DNA of 64,000 nucleotides from the IMG/VR virus record IMGVR_UViG_3300007162_000005; one strand, written 5' to 3'. Every line of letters starts with the position of its first letter. The first letter of the stretch is position 1. This document shows, one piece after another, positions 27,698-37,554 of the stretch. The notes under the pieces were generated by a model. The model did no database searches, was not told the DNA's origin, and saw only the letters and a program-made list of their open reading frames with translations. The translations under genes were made by a program, and so were the position numbers. Source of the stretch: a virus.

Positions 27698-28486
27698 TTA
27701 AATTATCTCCTTTATAGGTATTTTTCTGATACCGTGTATTCTTTTTAATTTTTCAAGGATTGCCCAAGTTATATTAAGTTCTTTAACTATGCTTATATAT
27801 GTTCTTTTTTTATTTGCCCACTCCAAGCACATAGCTTTAAGTTTTTCAATATCAACATCACGGTATGTAATTTTTTTGATGCCATATTTTTTTAAAAGCC
27901 TAAAAAAAATATATTTGGTTATTCCAAACTCTTTCATTATAAGTTTAGGGGATAAATTGTGATTTCTCCACTCATTGGCCATCAATTTAAACTTATTAAC
28001 GTCAATCTCAATATGAGGTCTTTTGTTAGCACTTTTTAGTTTTGGGCTTTGCTTTTTAACCACCATCTTTTTTTCGGGATTTTTTTCATTATATTGATTA
28101 ATCCACCTATAAAAAGTATTACCTTTAATGTTAAACTCTTTCATAATGCTTGTTGCCGTTCTTTTTTTGTTTTGCCATTCTTCGCACATAGCTAAAAATT
28201 TAACTTCATCAATTTGTTTTGGTTTTCTTCCTGTATATTTACCCCCTTTTTTGGCTTCTTCTATTCCTTTTACTTGATTTTTAAAAAAATGCTTTTTTTG
28301 GTGGTGTATTAACCCGTGACATTCAATACATACACATGCAAAATTAGATATTCTATTAGAACCCCCTAAAGAAGTTGGAACTATGTGATGATAATGAATA
28401 TTAACTGTTGAACCACAACTACAACATTCTCTTCCCACTGTGTTTTTTTCTTCTTCAGTTAGATATTTTCTTTCTTCTTTTTCCAT
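27698..28486 (-). mobile_element. HNH endonuclease with three C-terminal resolvase-type HTH repeats
   Basis: CCSCG..HHIVP..GGSN..SN..C.ECH; GRKPKQID..KF..MC.EW..IMKEF repeated three times. Confidence 0.75.
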
Positions 28487-28489
28487 AAG

Positions 28490-28873
28490 TTAAATCTTTT
28501 CTAACACTTCAACTTGTTCAATAGGCAACCAACCTGACCATGCACTGCTTAAATCTTGCTTGTTATCATAGTCATAGGCAATACTGTTTACTTTGACCAT
28601 CTTACCTAGAATCTTTGATACGTCAATCTTTAAGTACTTGTGGGGTGGAAATGTTCCGTGGTTCCAATTGGAAGATAGCACAGACATTTCACCAGGATTT
28701 AATAACATCGGGTCTAGTTTAATAATGTAATAAGAGTTTTCTTCTAATCTAATCTTACGTATGCGTGGAATTAAAAACTCACCTTTACTTTTGTCATAGT
28801 TTGAAAGGTCAGCAACTGAGACTTTGTTTAGTTCATTTTTAATTAACTTGTTCATTATACTTTTTCCGTGCAA
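28490..28873 (-). CDS. Hypothetical protein
   Basis: 127-aa ORF. Confidence 0.65.
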   Translation of the reverse strand: MHGKSIMNKLIKNELNKVSVADLSNYDKSKGEFLIPRIRKIRLEENSYYIIKLDPMLLNPGEMSVLSSNWNHGTFPPHKYLKIDVSKILGKMVKVNSIAYDYDNKQDLSSAWSGWLPIEQVEVLEKI

Positions 28874-29580
28874 TAAGTAGAAATAGTATCTGCCATATGA
28901 AGATAAACAGCTAAGTTATATTTGTTTAATATGGAAGGTAAATCTTCTGTGTTTTCGGATTTGTCACTTCCAGCATACTGATTAACAAGAGCAATAACTT
29001 CTTCATGTTCTAAAGGGATAAATCTGCTTACAAGTAAGAAAGAGTTCATACCCTTGCTTCCTGCAATCATTCTATCTTTGGCATCAATGACCTTATAGGA
29101 CTCTACAGACACCCAGTCATAGTTACCCAACTCATCATGCTTACTACCGTTTGGTGAGTAAACCTTTTTATTTTGAACATACTTCTCATAGAAATTTACT
29201 TTTGATAGGTCATGAAGCAATCCGACAATCTTTAGAGTGTCTGATGAGTATTTGGGCTTAACAATATTTTCCTCTGTTTCAATACCATCTTCAGTTGTAG
29301 ATGTAATAACCGTGTGTTCAGTGGCAAAAGTATTAACAATCTTCGTAAGATTAGAATAAACATTTAAAGAGTGTTGGCATAAACCACCTTTAAAGGATGA
29401 ATGGTACTGAGTAGATGCTGGTGCATTAAAGAAATCACTCCCCTCTAAAAAGGAAATAAGACCATCAATGTTGGCCCCTTCAATTGAGATGGATTTAACC
29501 AATTCAATGAACTTTTCTTTGTTTTGTTTGATTTGTTCTTCTGTTAGCATATTTTTACCTCCATGCAATATATTATACAA
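28855..29580 (-). CDS. HD-domain phosphohydrolase (likely start MLTEEQ at 29550)
   Basis: FFNAPAS..YH...GGLCQHS...LLHDL..H.AD. Confidence 0.85.
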   Translation of the reverse strand: MYNILHGGKNMLTEEQIKQNKEKFIELVKSISIEGANIDGLISFLEGSDFFNAPASTQYHSSFKGGLCQHSLNVYSNLTKIVNTFATEHTVITSTTEDGIETEENIVKPKYSSDTLKIVGLLHDLSKVNFYEKYVQNKKVYSPNGSKHDELGNYDWVSVESYKVIDAKDRMIAGSKGMNSFLLVSRFIPLEHEEVIALVNQYAGSDKSENTEDLPSILNKYNLAVYLHMADTISTYCTEKV

Positions 29581-29594
29581 CTATTTAATAATTT

Positions 29595-29671
29595 TGGTCA
29601 CCAGTATGGGATTCGAACCCATGAATGCTACCGTGAAAGGGTAGTGAGTTAAGCCACTTCTCCAACTGGCG
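29595..29671 (-). tRNA. tRNA-Glu(UUC)
   Basis: Cloverleaf: CTACC-CTTTCAC-GGTAG anticodon arm, GTTCGAAT, encoded CCA. Confidence 0.93.
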
Positions 29672-29672
29672 A

Positions 29673-30055
29673 TGGTGGACCTGAGGGGAGTCGAACCCCT
29701 GTATTAACACTCTTTACCACAACATCTACATCTTGTTCCACTTTAGGTGGAGACACAATCATAATGGACGATAACTGTGTCTTCTTAGTTTCTGTTTCTC
29801 GCAGAAGGATGAGAAACTACTAAGTCAACTTCTGCCAGTCTAGATATTACGAAGATTGCTGTTACTAGACATCACAGGTCTTCGGAGTCGCTACAGGTTT
29901 GTTAGTAGCTAAGGGCCATTACAGGAGCAAACAAGTTGCTGAAGAAGGCTGAGACTCGGCTAAATAAAGATTTAGCAGTTATTGTTTTTTTGGTTTTAGG
30001 TGACCAACCGATGCAGTTGAGGCTCTGATGTGCTAAGCGAAACCATGACAGGCCC
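29673..30055 (-). ncRNA. ssrA: tmRNA
   Basis: 5' GGGCCTG pairs with 3' CAGGTCC-ACCA (G3.U70); T-arm GGGG-TTCGACT-CCCC; AATAACT-GCT resume context; tag ORF 29902-29976. Confidence 0.92.
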
Positions 30056-30065
30056 ATGGTTGTCC

Positions 30066-30428
30066 TTACTTACTATCTTTAACAGTAAGGACTTGTGCTA
30101 CAGTGCGTGTGAAGTTGGGTTTTAAGGCCTCGGTCAAGGACATTCCCTTCTTCAACTCTTTATTTAGCTCTGTAGTTACAATCTTCTTTTGGACGTATTC
30201 TGGGTGGTTATTACTTTCGCACCAAGCAACCATAGCTGCTTCGTCTAAGTATTTGAAGGTTTCTTTTTCAGAAAGTTGTGCCAACACCCCAGACGGTGAG
30301 ATATACTTTTCTAAACCTTCTTTTACCATTTGCTCAGAGATTTGAGACTTAAGTGCTTTAACTTCTTCTTCAAGTTTCTCTTGTTGCATTTGGAGCTGAC
30401 GGCATTTGTCTACTAAGTTTTCCAACAT
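30066..30428 (-). CDS. Hypothetical coiled-coil phage protein (start corrected to MLENLV)
   Basis: SD GGAGG; promoter at 30452-30480 overlaps the ORF-track start. Confidence 0.7.
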   Translation of the reverse strand: MLENLVDKCRQLQMQQEKLEEEVKALKSQISEQMVKEGLEKYISPSGVLAQLSEKETFKYLDEAAMVAWCESNNHPEYVQKKIVTTELNKELKKGMSLTEALKPNFTRTVAQVLTVKDSK

Positions 30429-30451
30429 GATTTTTCCTCCGTTGTAACTAA

Positions 30452-30480
30452 AGTATATCATACTGTCTTTAGCTTGTCAA
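30452..30480 (-). promoter_or_regulatory. sigma70-type promoter, probably also driving tmRNA/tRNA-Glu
   Basis: TTGACA-17-TATACT. Confidence 0.75.
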
Positions 30481-30489
30481 CACTTTTGT

Positions 30490-31146
30490 TTACTTTTCAA
30501 AATCTTCGTCAGAGTTCTTCCAGAAATATTCGTCTGTATCGCCTAATCTCTTCCAATCTAATCCATTCTCTACTTGATACATTTGTGTAGAAACTTTAAA
30601 ATCAGGTTTTAATGGTTTCTCTGGTGTTAAACTTAAGTCATAAATTCTCATTCTATTGTTTGGATAGATTGCGAACTGACCATTTGCTAATTGTATTACG
30701 TTGTGAGATTTGTGTTCATCAGGCTTTTCTGAAGTGTTAGTATCTATCATATTAACATCCCCGTGATAATTGTCAAGAGTAAATAGATAAGAACCTTTCA
30801 TTTTAGCTCCTGAACGTGTATACAACTCAAAGTCCATTGAGCTAATAAAAGATTTTCTCAACACGGTAATGCCATAATCCATACAGTTCCAGAATTGTAA
30901 GTCAGGTAACTTTAAATCAGGTGTGGGTGTGACAGGACTTGATACAAATGCAGAGATAGGTAACTTATCATACATGGCACCGTATTCAGGTAAGTACGTT
31001 TCAAAATAGAATGCCCTACCTGGAATGCTTTTAGCAGATATCCATACTCCTCTTACAAATTCGCCCTTACCATGTTTAAAATCAGTAAGATATTCTTTTC
31101 TTACCCAAACATTGATAGATGGTAAATTAACAATTAAATGTGACAT
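30490..31146 (-). CDS. Conserved phage protein of unknown function
   Basis: 218-aa ORF; VWVRKEYL...SIPGRAFYFETYLPEYGAMYDKLPISAF. Confidence 0.75.
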   Translation of the reverse strand: MSHLIVNLPSINVWVRKEYLTDFKHGKGEFVRGVWISAKSIPGRAFYFETYLPEYGAMYDKLPISAFVSSPVTPTPDLKLPDLQFWNCMDYGITVLRKSFISSMDFELYTRSGAKMKGSYLFTLDNYHGDVNMIDTNTSEKPDEHKSHNVIQLANGQFAIYPNNRMRIYDLSLTPEKPLKPDFKVSTQMYQVENGLDWKRLGDTDEYFWKNSDEDFEK

Positions 31147-31155
31147 AGCTTCCCC

Positions 31156-31506
31156 TTACTTATTTTCTTCTTCTAATTTCTCAGTTAGAAACTTCATCAT
31201 CTTTTCATCGATAACAAAGTAGTTTGGTTGATTTGGTCCGAAGTTAAATGCAATAACACCATTACTAAGTCTTTGCGTAAATGCTTCTTCTTTATTCTTT
31301 GTCAACCATTCTTTTTTAATAGAGACTGATTCCTTATCAGTGACAACTGTTTTACATTCAATTAAAAGAGATGCGTTACGATGAACGCAATCTCCTTTAC
31401 GAAAGTGTCCAGAACCGGAACCAGATACTTGTTGAGACCCAAGTAGCTTGCATACAGACTTTTCTTGTAAGTCACTAAAGTATCTTGTTGTTCCTTCTTT
31501 AGCCAT
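31156..31506 (-). CDS. Small PD-(D/E)XK nuclease (Hjc-like)
   Basis: QE...SGSG..KGD...LIECKT. Confidence 0.7.
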   Translation of the reverse strand: MAKEGTTRYFSDLQEKSVCKLLGSQQVSGSGSGHFRKGDCVHRNASLLIECKTVVTDKESVSIKKEWLTKNKEEAFTQRLSNGVIAFNFGPNQPNYFVIDEKMMKFLTEKLEEENK

Positions 31507-31886
31507 TAAGCATCTCCCTTATTATTCTTTTTAGGTTTTTTAATTGGTGCAACAATTTCTTCTTCGTCTTCTTCATCATACTTTTCAGATTCTAGCTCAT
31601 TAAGTTCATCTTTGTGTCTTTCAATATCTACATCACGTTGATACTTACGTAAATATTCTGCCTCATCTGGATATAACCAATGTGGTTGTTGTAAGTCTTC
31701 ATTTTTAGCATTTGGATTAAATTCTAGAATAATAGCACCGTCACCGGCATTAATTTCAAATACAACACATACATAACCAGTTTCCATCAACAGTTGAATT
31801 TGTTGGGAGACACGAAGGTATAAATCTTCAACTCTACGATAATTTCTTTTTAAGAAAACAATTCTATTAACAGATGAATCTGACAT
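31506..31886 (-). CDS. Hypothetical protein
   Basis: 126-aa ORF. Confidence 0.7.
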   Translation of the reverse strand: MSDSSVNRIVFLKRNYRRVEDLYLRVSQQIQLLMETGYVCVVFEINAGDGAIILEFNPNAKNEDLQQPHWLYPDEAEYLRKYQRDVDIERHKDELNELESEKYDEEDEEEIVAPIKKPKKNNKGDA

Positions 31887-31887
31887 T

Positions 31888-33036
31888 TTATTCGGCCTCT
31901 TCTTTCTTTAAATCTACACCAAATTTCTTTTCAATATCTTCATCTAACATTTTATTAAAGGCTGTTACGCTTGTTTCATCTTTTGCTGATAACTTATCAT
32001 AAACATTTTTATGTAACTTATTCCAAACCTTCTTATTTTCAAGGAAGTAAGGTTTAAGGTTCTTTCTACCACGAATCTTTGTTAAGACTTCTCCTGTGTC
32101 AGGGTCAGTGATTCCATAAGAACCTTGAATACTATTATCAATATAACCGAAGTGTGTAGCAACGTCAATGGTATCTTCTAGGTAGTCTACACCATTAACA
32201 TAGTTAAGATGCATATAACCTACTTTTCTATCCCACTTACAGACTTTAGTTTTAAGCACGGCTACTTCAATGATATGACCTGCTGGAGACTCAGCTGCTT
32301 TAGTGAGTTTATTTCCTTCTTCATCAAAGAACTCACCACGTTTGAACATCAATCGTAATGAACAAGCATGTTTCCAAGCACGTCCGCCAGGAGTCAATAA
32401 GAAGTCACCATAACCACTTAAGTTTTCACGAACTTGGTTAATTGCTATTAAAGTTGCTTTGTATTTACGTAATAGACCGATGGCAGTGTTTGCGAATCTA
32501 GTTAAGGCAACTGAGATACCACCCATTTGCTTCTTTTCCATAGACTCATCAGAAATTTGCATCGGAACAAGGGTAGCAATAGAGTCAAATATCATTAACC
32601 CAACTTCACCTGTCTTTAACATGTCTAATGCCATATCAAAGATTTGTTCTGCGTTTTGACCTTCAGGTCTAATGATGATGGTAGGAACTTTAGCATCTTC
32701 ATCCATGTTATAACCCAACTTCTTGGCCCAGATGGGGTCAGCTGTTCCTTCATTATCTAATAAGATAATAGAACGTGGTTTCTTAGGGTTACGTTTGATT
32801 TCTTCCTTCTGATAAGAACCAGCAATCATAAAGGCTGTAGTGGTTTTACCGCTTCCTTCAGCACCGCTTAATTCAATGATACGGCCTTCAGGGATTCCAC
32901 CATAGACACAATAGTCAAATGTGGGGGAACCTAGGGATAATACACCATCAATAGCTAAGTCATCGACTCCAACCTTGACAACGTTTTCTCCATACTTCTT
33001 TCCTATTTCTTTTAATACCGACGATAAGTCACCCAT
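31888..33036 (-). CDS. recA: RecA/UvsX recombinase
   Basis: GGIPEGRIIELSGAEGSGKTT, FDSIA, INQVRE, TPGGRAWKH. Confidence 0.95.
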   Translation of the reverse strand: MGDLSSVLKEIGKKYGENVVKVGVDDLAIDGVLSLGSPTFDYCVYGGIPEGRIIELSGAEGSGKTTTAFMIAGSYQKEEIKRNPKKPRSIILLDNEGTADPIWAKKLGYNMDEDAKVPTIIIRPEGQNAEQIFDMALDMLKTGEVGLMIFDSIATLVPMQISDESMEKKQMGGISVALTRFANTAIGLLRKYKATLIAINQVRENLSGYGDFLLTPGGRAWKHACSLRLMFKRGEFFDEEGNKLTKAAESPAGHIIEVAVLKTKVCKWDRKVGYMHLNYVNGVDYLEDTIDVATHFGYIDNSIQGSYGITDPDTGEVLTKIRGRKNLKPYFLENKKVWNKLHKNVYDKLSAKDETSVTAFNKMLDEDIEKKFGVDLKKEEAE

Positions 33037-33079
33037 AATAAATCTCCTTTTCTATTTATTATACAACTTTTTAATAAAG

Positions 33080-33460
33080 TTATTCATACAGATTTAGTAT
33101 ATTTTCATCTTCTTCATCTGAGTCGTAATCGTAATAAACAATGTTTTCTATAAGATATTGCTCTTTAGCATCTTCGTAATACTTTTCTTTTAACCACTCT
33201 ATAAACTTGAGGTCTTTTGTGTATAAAGTAAATGCATCTAATGATTTTGTGTTCCATAGTGTTTCAAGGTTTTTAACAAATTCTCTTGCACCATCCTGAA
33301 GATACCATGTAGAGTATTGATACTTAATCCCATACTCTTCTTCAAATAAGTACTGTGTAATATCATTCAGGTTCTCTAAAACGTTAAATGCGTATTCCAT
33401 GTCCACATTAGGGACCAAGTCTGAACTAATTGACAACGGTATATTAATCGTGTGGTACAT
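33080..33460 (-). CDS. Hypothetical protein
   Basis: 126-aa ORF. Confidence 0.65.
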   Translation of the reverse strand: MYHTINIPLSISSDLVPNVDMEYAFNVLENLNDITQYLFEEEYGIKYQYSTWYLQDGAREFVKNLETLWNTKSLDAFTLYTKDLKFIEWLKEKYYEDAKEQYLIENIVYYDYDSDEEDENILNLYE

Positions 33461-34074
33461 TATTCATTCCCGTCAAACCCACTTCTATTTTGTTGTGGGC
33501 CGAATGAAGACAATTGCATTTCAGTTCCTTTTACTGTAAGAATCTTTCTCAAGGTATTCATCATGTCTTGGGCACTTTGTAATTTACCTTTAACCACTTT
33601 ATATGCATGGTCATAGATAGATGCCACAACAGATTCATATTGAGAAGACAATTCAGCTTGAGCCTGTAACTCTGCAACAGTAGTCTTATTCTTTCCTGTG
33701 CCTGCTTCTTTGACTTGATTTGATAGGTAGCTCTTTGAATAGACTTCCTTTGAAGCACTTCTTGCCATATCTGCATAAACACCAAGTTGCTCTAACTTAT
33801 CAATCATAAAGTAAACCATGTTAGACAATTCTAAGTAATATTTATTTAATGTATTGACATTTGCGTTTCCGTCTTTAATGCATTCAACATATAAATCACT
33901 CATTAAGTTATCTAGAGGCTCACTGTATTTCTTGATTACCTCAGCACAAGCGTTGTTAAAGTAGGTAACGTTAACAGTTGTTTCTGCTAATATTTTTTCT
34001 ACTTTAGTCGTATCTAATCCTGTTAATATTGTATCAGACACTTTATTCTCCTTCCTTAGTGGCCATAAGGACAC
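33460..34074 (-). CDS. Helical hypothetical protein (UvsY-like position)
   Basis: 204-aa ORF between the recU-like and recA genes. Confidence 0.55.
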   Translation of the reverse strand: MSLWPLRKENKVSDTILTGLDTTKVEKILAETTVNVTYFNNACAEVIKKYSEPLDNLMSDLYVECIKDGNANVNTLNKYYLELSNMVYFMIDKLEQLGVYADMARSASKEVYSKSYLSNQVKEAGTGKNKTTVAELQAQAELSSQYESVVASIYDHAYKVVKGKLQSAQDMMNTLRKILTVKGTEMQLSSFGPQQNRSGFDGNE

Positions 34075-34510
34075 TATAATCAGATGTCATAAACACTCTT
34101 TTTTTAACTGAAGGTATATTTATAAATCTATAACCTTCTGTATCTATTGTAGTAATGTTTACTGATTTTTTACCATCTGTCATCATTTTAGTAATGGTTG
34201 ACACGGGAACGTATATTACACGGTCGTGTTCATAGAACCATATTACAACTCCTGCTCTTACACCTTCTATTCCAACTTTAGACGAAAGCTTTTCATACTG
34301 GCTAAGATTCTGGAAAGGGAAGGTGTTTCCTTTAATAGTCTTGGCCTCTAAATAAAATATGTAAGGCATCTTGTAACCAATGAAGTCACTAATGTTTGAT
34401 ATAGTCTTATAACCACTGACAGAGTCATATAACCTATCAATGCTGGAATTTGGCATACTTGCCTTCCAGTCTTCCTTTAAAACTAATTCAAATTGCTTTC
34501 CTTTGGACAT
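34043..34510 (-). CDS. recU: RecU-like Holliday junction resolvase
   Basis: GKQFE...SDFIGY...YLEAKT. Confidence 0.7.
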   Translation of the reverse strand: MSKGKQFELVLKEDWKASMPNSSIDRLYDSVSGYKTISNISDFIGYKMPYIFYLEAKTIKGNTFPFQNLSQYEKLSSKVGIEGVRAGVVIWFYEHDRVIYVPVSTITKMMTDGKKSVNITTIDTEGYRFINIPSVKKRVFMTSDYSVLMATKEGE

Positions 34511-34512
34511 AA

Positions 34513-35628
34513 TTAATTAGCTTGAACCTCTGGAATAATGTTACTAATATCATTTCGTTTAATGACAGCTGCCCGGTTATTCCCAAAAGATACAACAATA
34601 TACTGTCCTTCAGATGTTTCTAAAGTTAACTTTAAATCATTTGTATCAAAACTTGCTTCATATGGTTTCTTTAATTTATCAACTTTATTAACATACTTAA
34701 CTTCTTCATTGTTTTCTTTTTTAGAGTCCAACACTGTTACACCATCAACTCCAAAACTCATGTGTGTAGAACCAAGGTCTGAACCGTTTTTAGAGAATAA
34801 AGACAATCTGTTGATAGATTCTAATAAGGTTAATCTGTCAATCGTAATAGTGTAGTCATAGGTTTCTTCAGTCCATTTTCTAATTCCTTGAACCGGGAAC
34901 TTATTGACAAGCTCTTCTTTAGTTGTAATAATAGATGTTAAAGTTACTTGGTCATCAGAGAAAGAAACCTTTTGGGCTACAACACCGCTTTCAAGTGCAT
35001 CGAATCCCATGTTAAAGTTAACAGATTCTGATTTAAATAGTTTAAACAGTCTGACAATCTTTTCAGTTAAAGTAAGAACTACCTTTTGGTCTAGTGTAAA
35101 GTTATTAACACATGCACCGTTTGCAAACGTAATGGCACCTTTTTCATCAATATAGAAGAGTTTTTGAACAGGGGAAGCACCACCATTCTTGAGTAATTCC
35201 TTGGTGTTATACTTAAGGATAGATTGTAAGATAGAGTTTTTAATACTGAAAGTATTTGTTACATTTTCAATGTTAATTTTAGGCAATTCAACAATCTCAG
35301 TGTCATCAAAAATCATTGGTATCTTATAGTTACCATTTGCTTTTAAAACTAATGTATTATCCACAACATCTAGTTCCAAGGTTCCTGTGGTTATTTTACT
35401 GATAAGATTAAGGAAGAGCTGGGCATTAACTACAGCATGAAGCTTAACTTCAATGTCTAATGGCATCTTTACAGACACATAGTATTCCTTATTAGTAACG
35501 TTTAAGTTTAATACCTTACCGTTGGCTTCTAATTCTAAGGTTTCATTAACGACAGATGAAATGTTAGTGTCTACAGCTTCTAAAATCTTTTTGCAGCTTT
35601 CTTGGAACGACTTTGTTTGAATAATCAT
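34513..35628 (-). CDS. dnaN: Beta sliding clamp-like protein
   Basis: 371 aa (typical DnaN length), three-domain alpha/beta pattern, next to the polymerase, dnaX-type loader in the same block. Confidence 0.7.
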   Translation of the reverse strand: MIIQTKSFQESCKKILEAVDTNISSVVNETLELEANGKVLNLNVTNKEYYVSVKMPLDIEVKLHAVVNAQLFLNLISKITTGTLELDVVDNTLVLKANGNYKIPMIFDDTEIVELPKINIENVTNTFSIKNSILQSILKYNTKELLKNGGASPVQKLFYIDEKGAITFANGACVNNFTLDQKVVLTLTEKIVRLFKLFKSESVNFNMGFDALESGVVAQKVSFSDDQVTLTSIITTKEELVNKFPVQGIRKWTEETYDYTITIDRLTLLESINRLSLFSKNGSDLGSTHMSFGVDGVTVLDSKKENNEEVKYVNKVDKLKKPYEASFDTNDLKLTLETSEGQYIVVSFGNNRAAVIKRNDISNIIPEVQAN

Positions 35629-35655
35629 ATTTATGTCCTTTCTTTATTATACAAC

Positions 35656-36749
35656 TTATTCAGTGAGTATTCTTCTAATTTCTTCTGGAGACATTTCGGT
35701 ATGCTCTAAAATAATGTGTTGAATTGCATCCTCTTTGCTTAAGCTTGGAAGTATCTTTTTATACTCCTGTTTTAATGTGCTAACATAATCGTTATAGTAC
35801 CAGTGCTCACTAACATCAGCATCACATTTGAATGGTACAGAAGAAACATCATCAATACAGGTCTTCATAACAGAAGTAAGTCTTTTAGCTACTTTATCTG
35901 CATTTTCTTTAGGGCATTCACCAATTAACTCATCATGCACCGTTAGAAGTAATTTAAACCCTAACTTATTTAACTCTTCATCTCTAAAGAGTTTATTCAT
36001 GGCAATCTTAGTCATGGTAGCCGAACCACCTTGGATTCTAGCATTAACACACTGACGTTCTGCCTGAGCAATAAAACCACCATTATTCTTTATCTTAATA
36101 CCGTATTTTGCTGCATCTTGAGTTACAGCATCAACTTCTTTTTTAAATTTGGCATTTTCTAATTTTTTATAGAAGAGAGCAATGACTTTATCATCTTGTT
36201 TTCTATCAGCAGTGCCAAGAAGTGGATTAAAGGGGGATTGGTCTTTTGAAGCATTATTATAGGATATTTCAAATCTAGGTAAGGATATATCCGGCAATCT
36301 ACGTCTTCTGCCCCACAAGTCTTCTACATAGCCATTTTTCTTGGCAAAGGCTGTGGTTTCATCCATCCAACCCTTTACTTTAGGGAAAGAGTTATAGAAA
36401 CCATCAATAATAGACTGGGCTTCTTGAATAGAGCTTCCAATGCTTTCAGCAACAGCTGTAACACCTTGACCATACATAATACCTAACAAAAGTGTTTTAC
36501 AGGCATTACGTCTCTTTTTACCTTCTGGATTAGGTGTTCCATCTTGACGGAACTCCATGTTATCCCAGTAATCATTCTTATAAACACTACTAGCGATGGT
36601 AGCGTATAAGTCTTTGCCATCTTTATAAGCTTGAATCATATCTTCGTCACCGGAGTAGTTTGAAAGCATTCGTGGTTCTTGTTGCGAACTCACGAAAAGT
36701 CACTTCCAACTAAAGTATAAGGAACTCTAGTTTTAATTGACTTTTTCAT
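35656..36749 (-). CDS. polA: Family A DNA polymerase, polymerase-domain gene, interrupted by an 8-nt insert in motif A (segments 36693-36749 and 35656-36684)
   Basis: Strong SD AGGAGGTG then MKKSIKTRVPYTLVGSDFS-stop; after 8 nt QQEPR continues to motif B (RRNACKTLLLGIMYG) and motif C (TVHDE). Confidence 0.88.
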
Positions 36750-36812
36750 TGACACCACCTCCTTTTCCTGTTTTTAATAAAACATTCTTCATACTATATT
36801 ATACAACTTTCT

Positions 36813-37535
36813 TTATAGCTTGAACCATTTAATATTATCTACCACAATAACCTTTTTACCATCGGGGTGTTTCTTATTGCTATTATGGGAGGATACATAT
36901 GTAATAGGCTCTCCTTTAATAGATTTTTTAATTTTCCTTTGGAACGTACACTCAGCATAGTTATCACCAAACGGATGAAAGGCTTCAAACCACCACTTTG
37001 TTGCATCTTTTATGGAATGGAACTCAAACCTTTCTCCAGTATTGAGTACACAATAGCAACCTACTGAACGAGTATCACCGGAGCCGAAGTTCTTGTTCCC
37101 CTTCATAGCCTCAGAAATTTTATCTCTGTGCTCTTTAGAGAAGGGTTTCTTCTCTCTATATGCCTTCATTGATAATGAAATCTTGCTTCTTACATCTTTA
37201 CTTCTCATTTTAGCATCATGGTTATCCTTTACCAATCCCACGTTCATAGGGTTATCATCACCGCCATTTGTCATATTATACCCATTATTGAAGGAATCAT
37301 ATAAAGATACATAATATTTCTCTTTTTTAAGAAGTTCTTCATAATTGTCTGTTTCGTCTATTATTTCAATGGTGAAGGCTTCTATACCATACTTCCTCAT
37401 TGAGCTATATAGATGCCTCTGGTCACCGTTTTTTAGTCTGGTAAGGTGTCCATACCACCTATCCTCTAAACTCTTCTCTGTGATGCCAATATAGCACTTA
37501 TTCGTCATCCTGTTAGTAATCTTATACACAATCAT
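36813..37535 (-). mobile_element. Free-standing GIY-YIG homing endonuclease (NUMOD3 motifs) between the two polA genes
   Basis: IVYKITN...CYIGIT...RW..H...E..Y...NGYN; FSKEHRDKISEAMKG. Confidence 0.9.
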
Positions 37536-37554
37536 ATATTATTTCTCCTTTACC

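Noticed and set aside
36640-36692. UGA readthrough or genetic code 4
   Set aside because: The frame after TGA stops again after 17 codons. TGA serves as a normal stop elsewhere (e.g. 21137, 40239).
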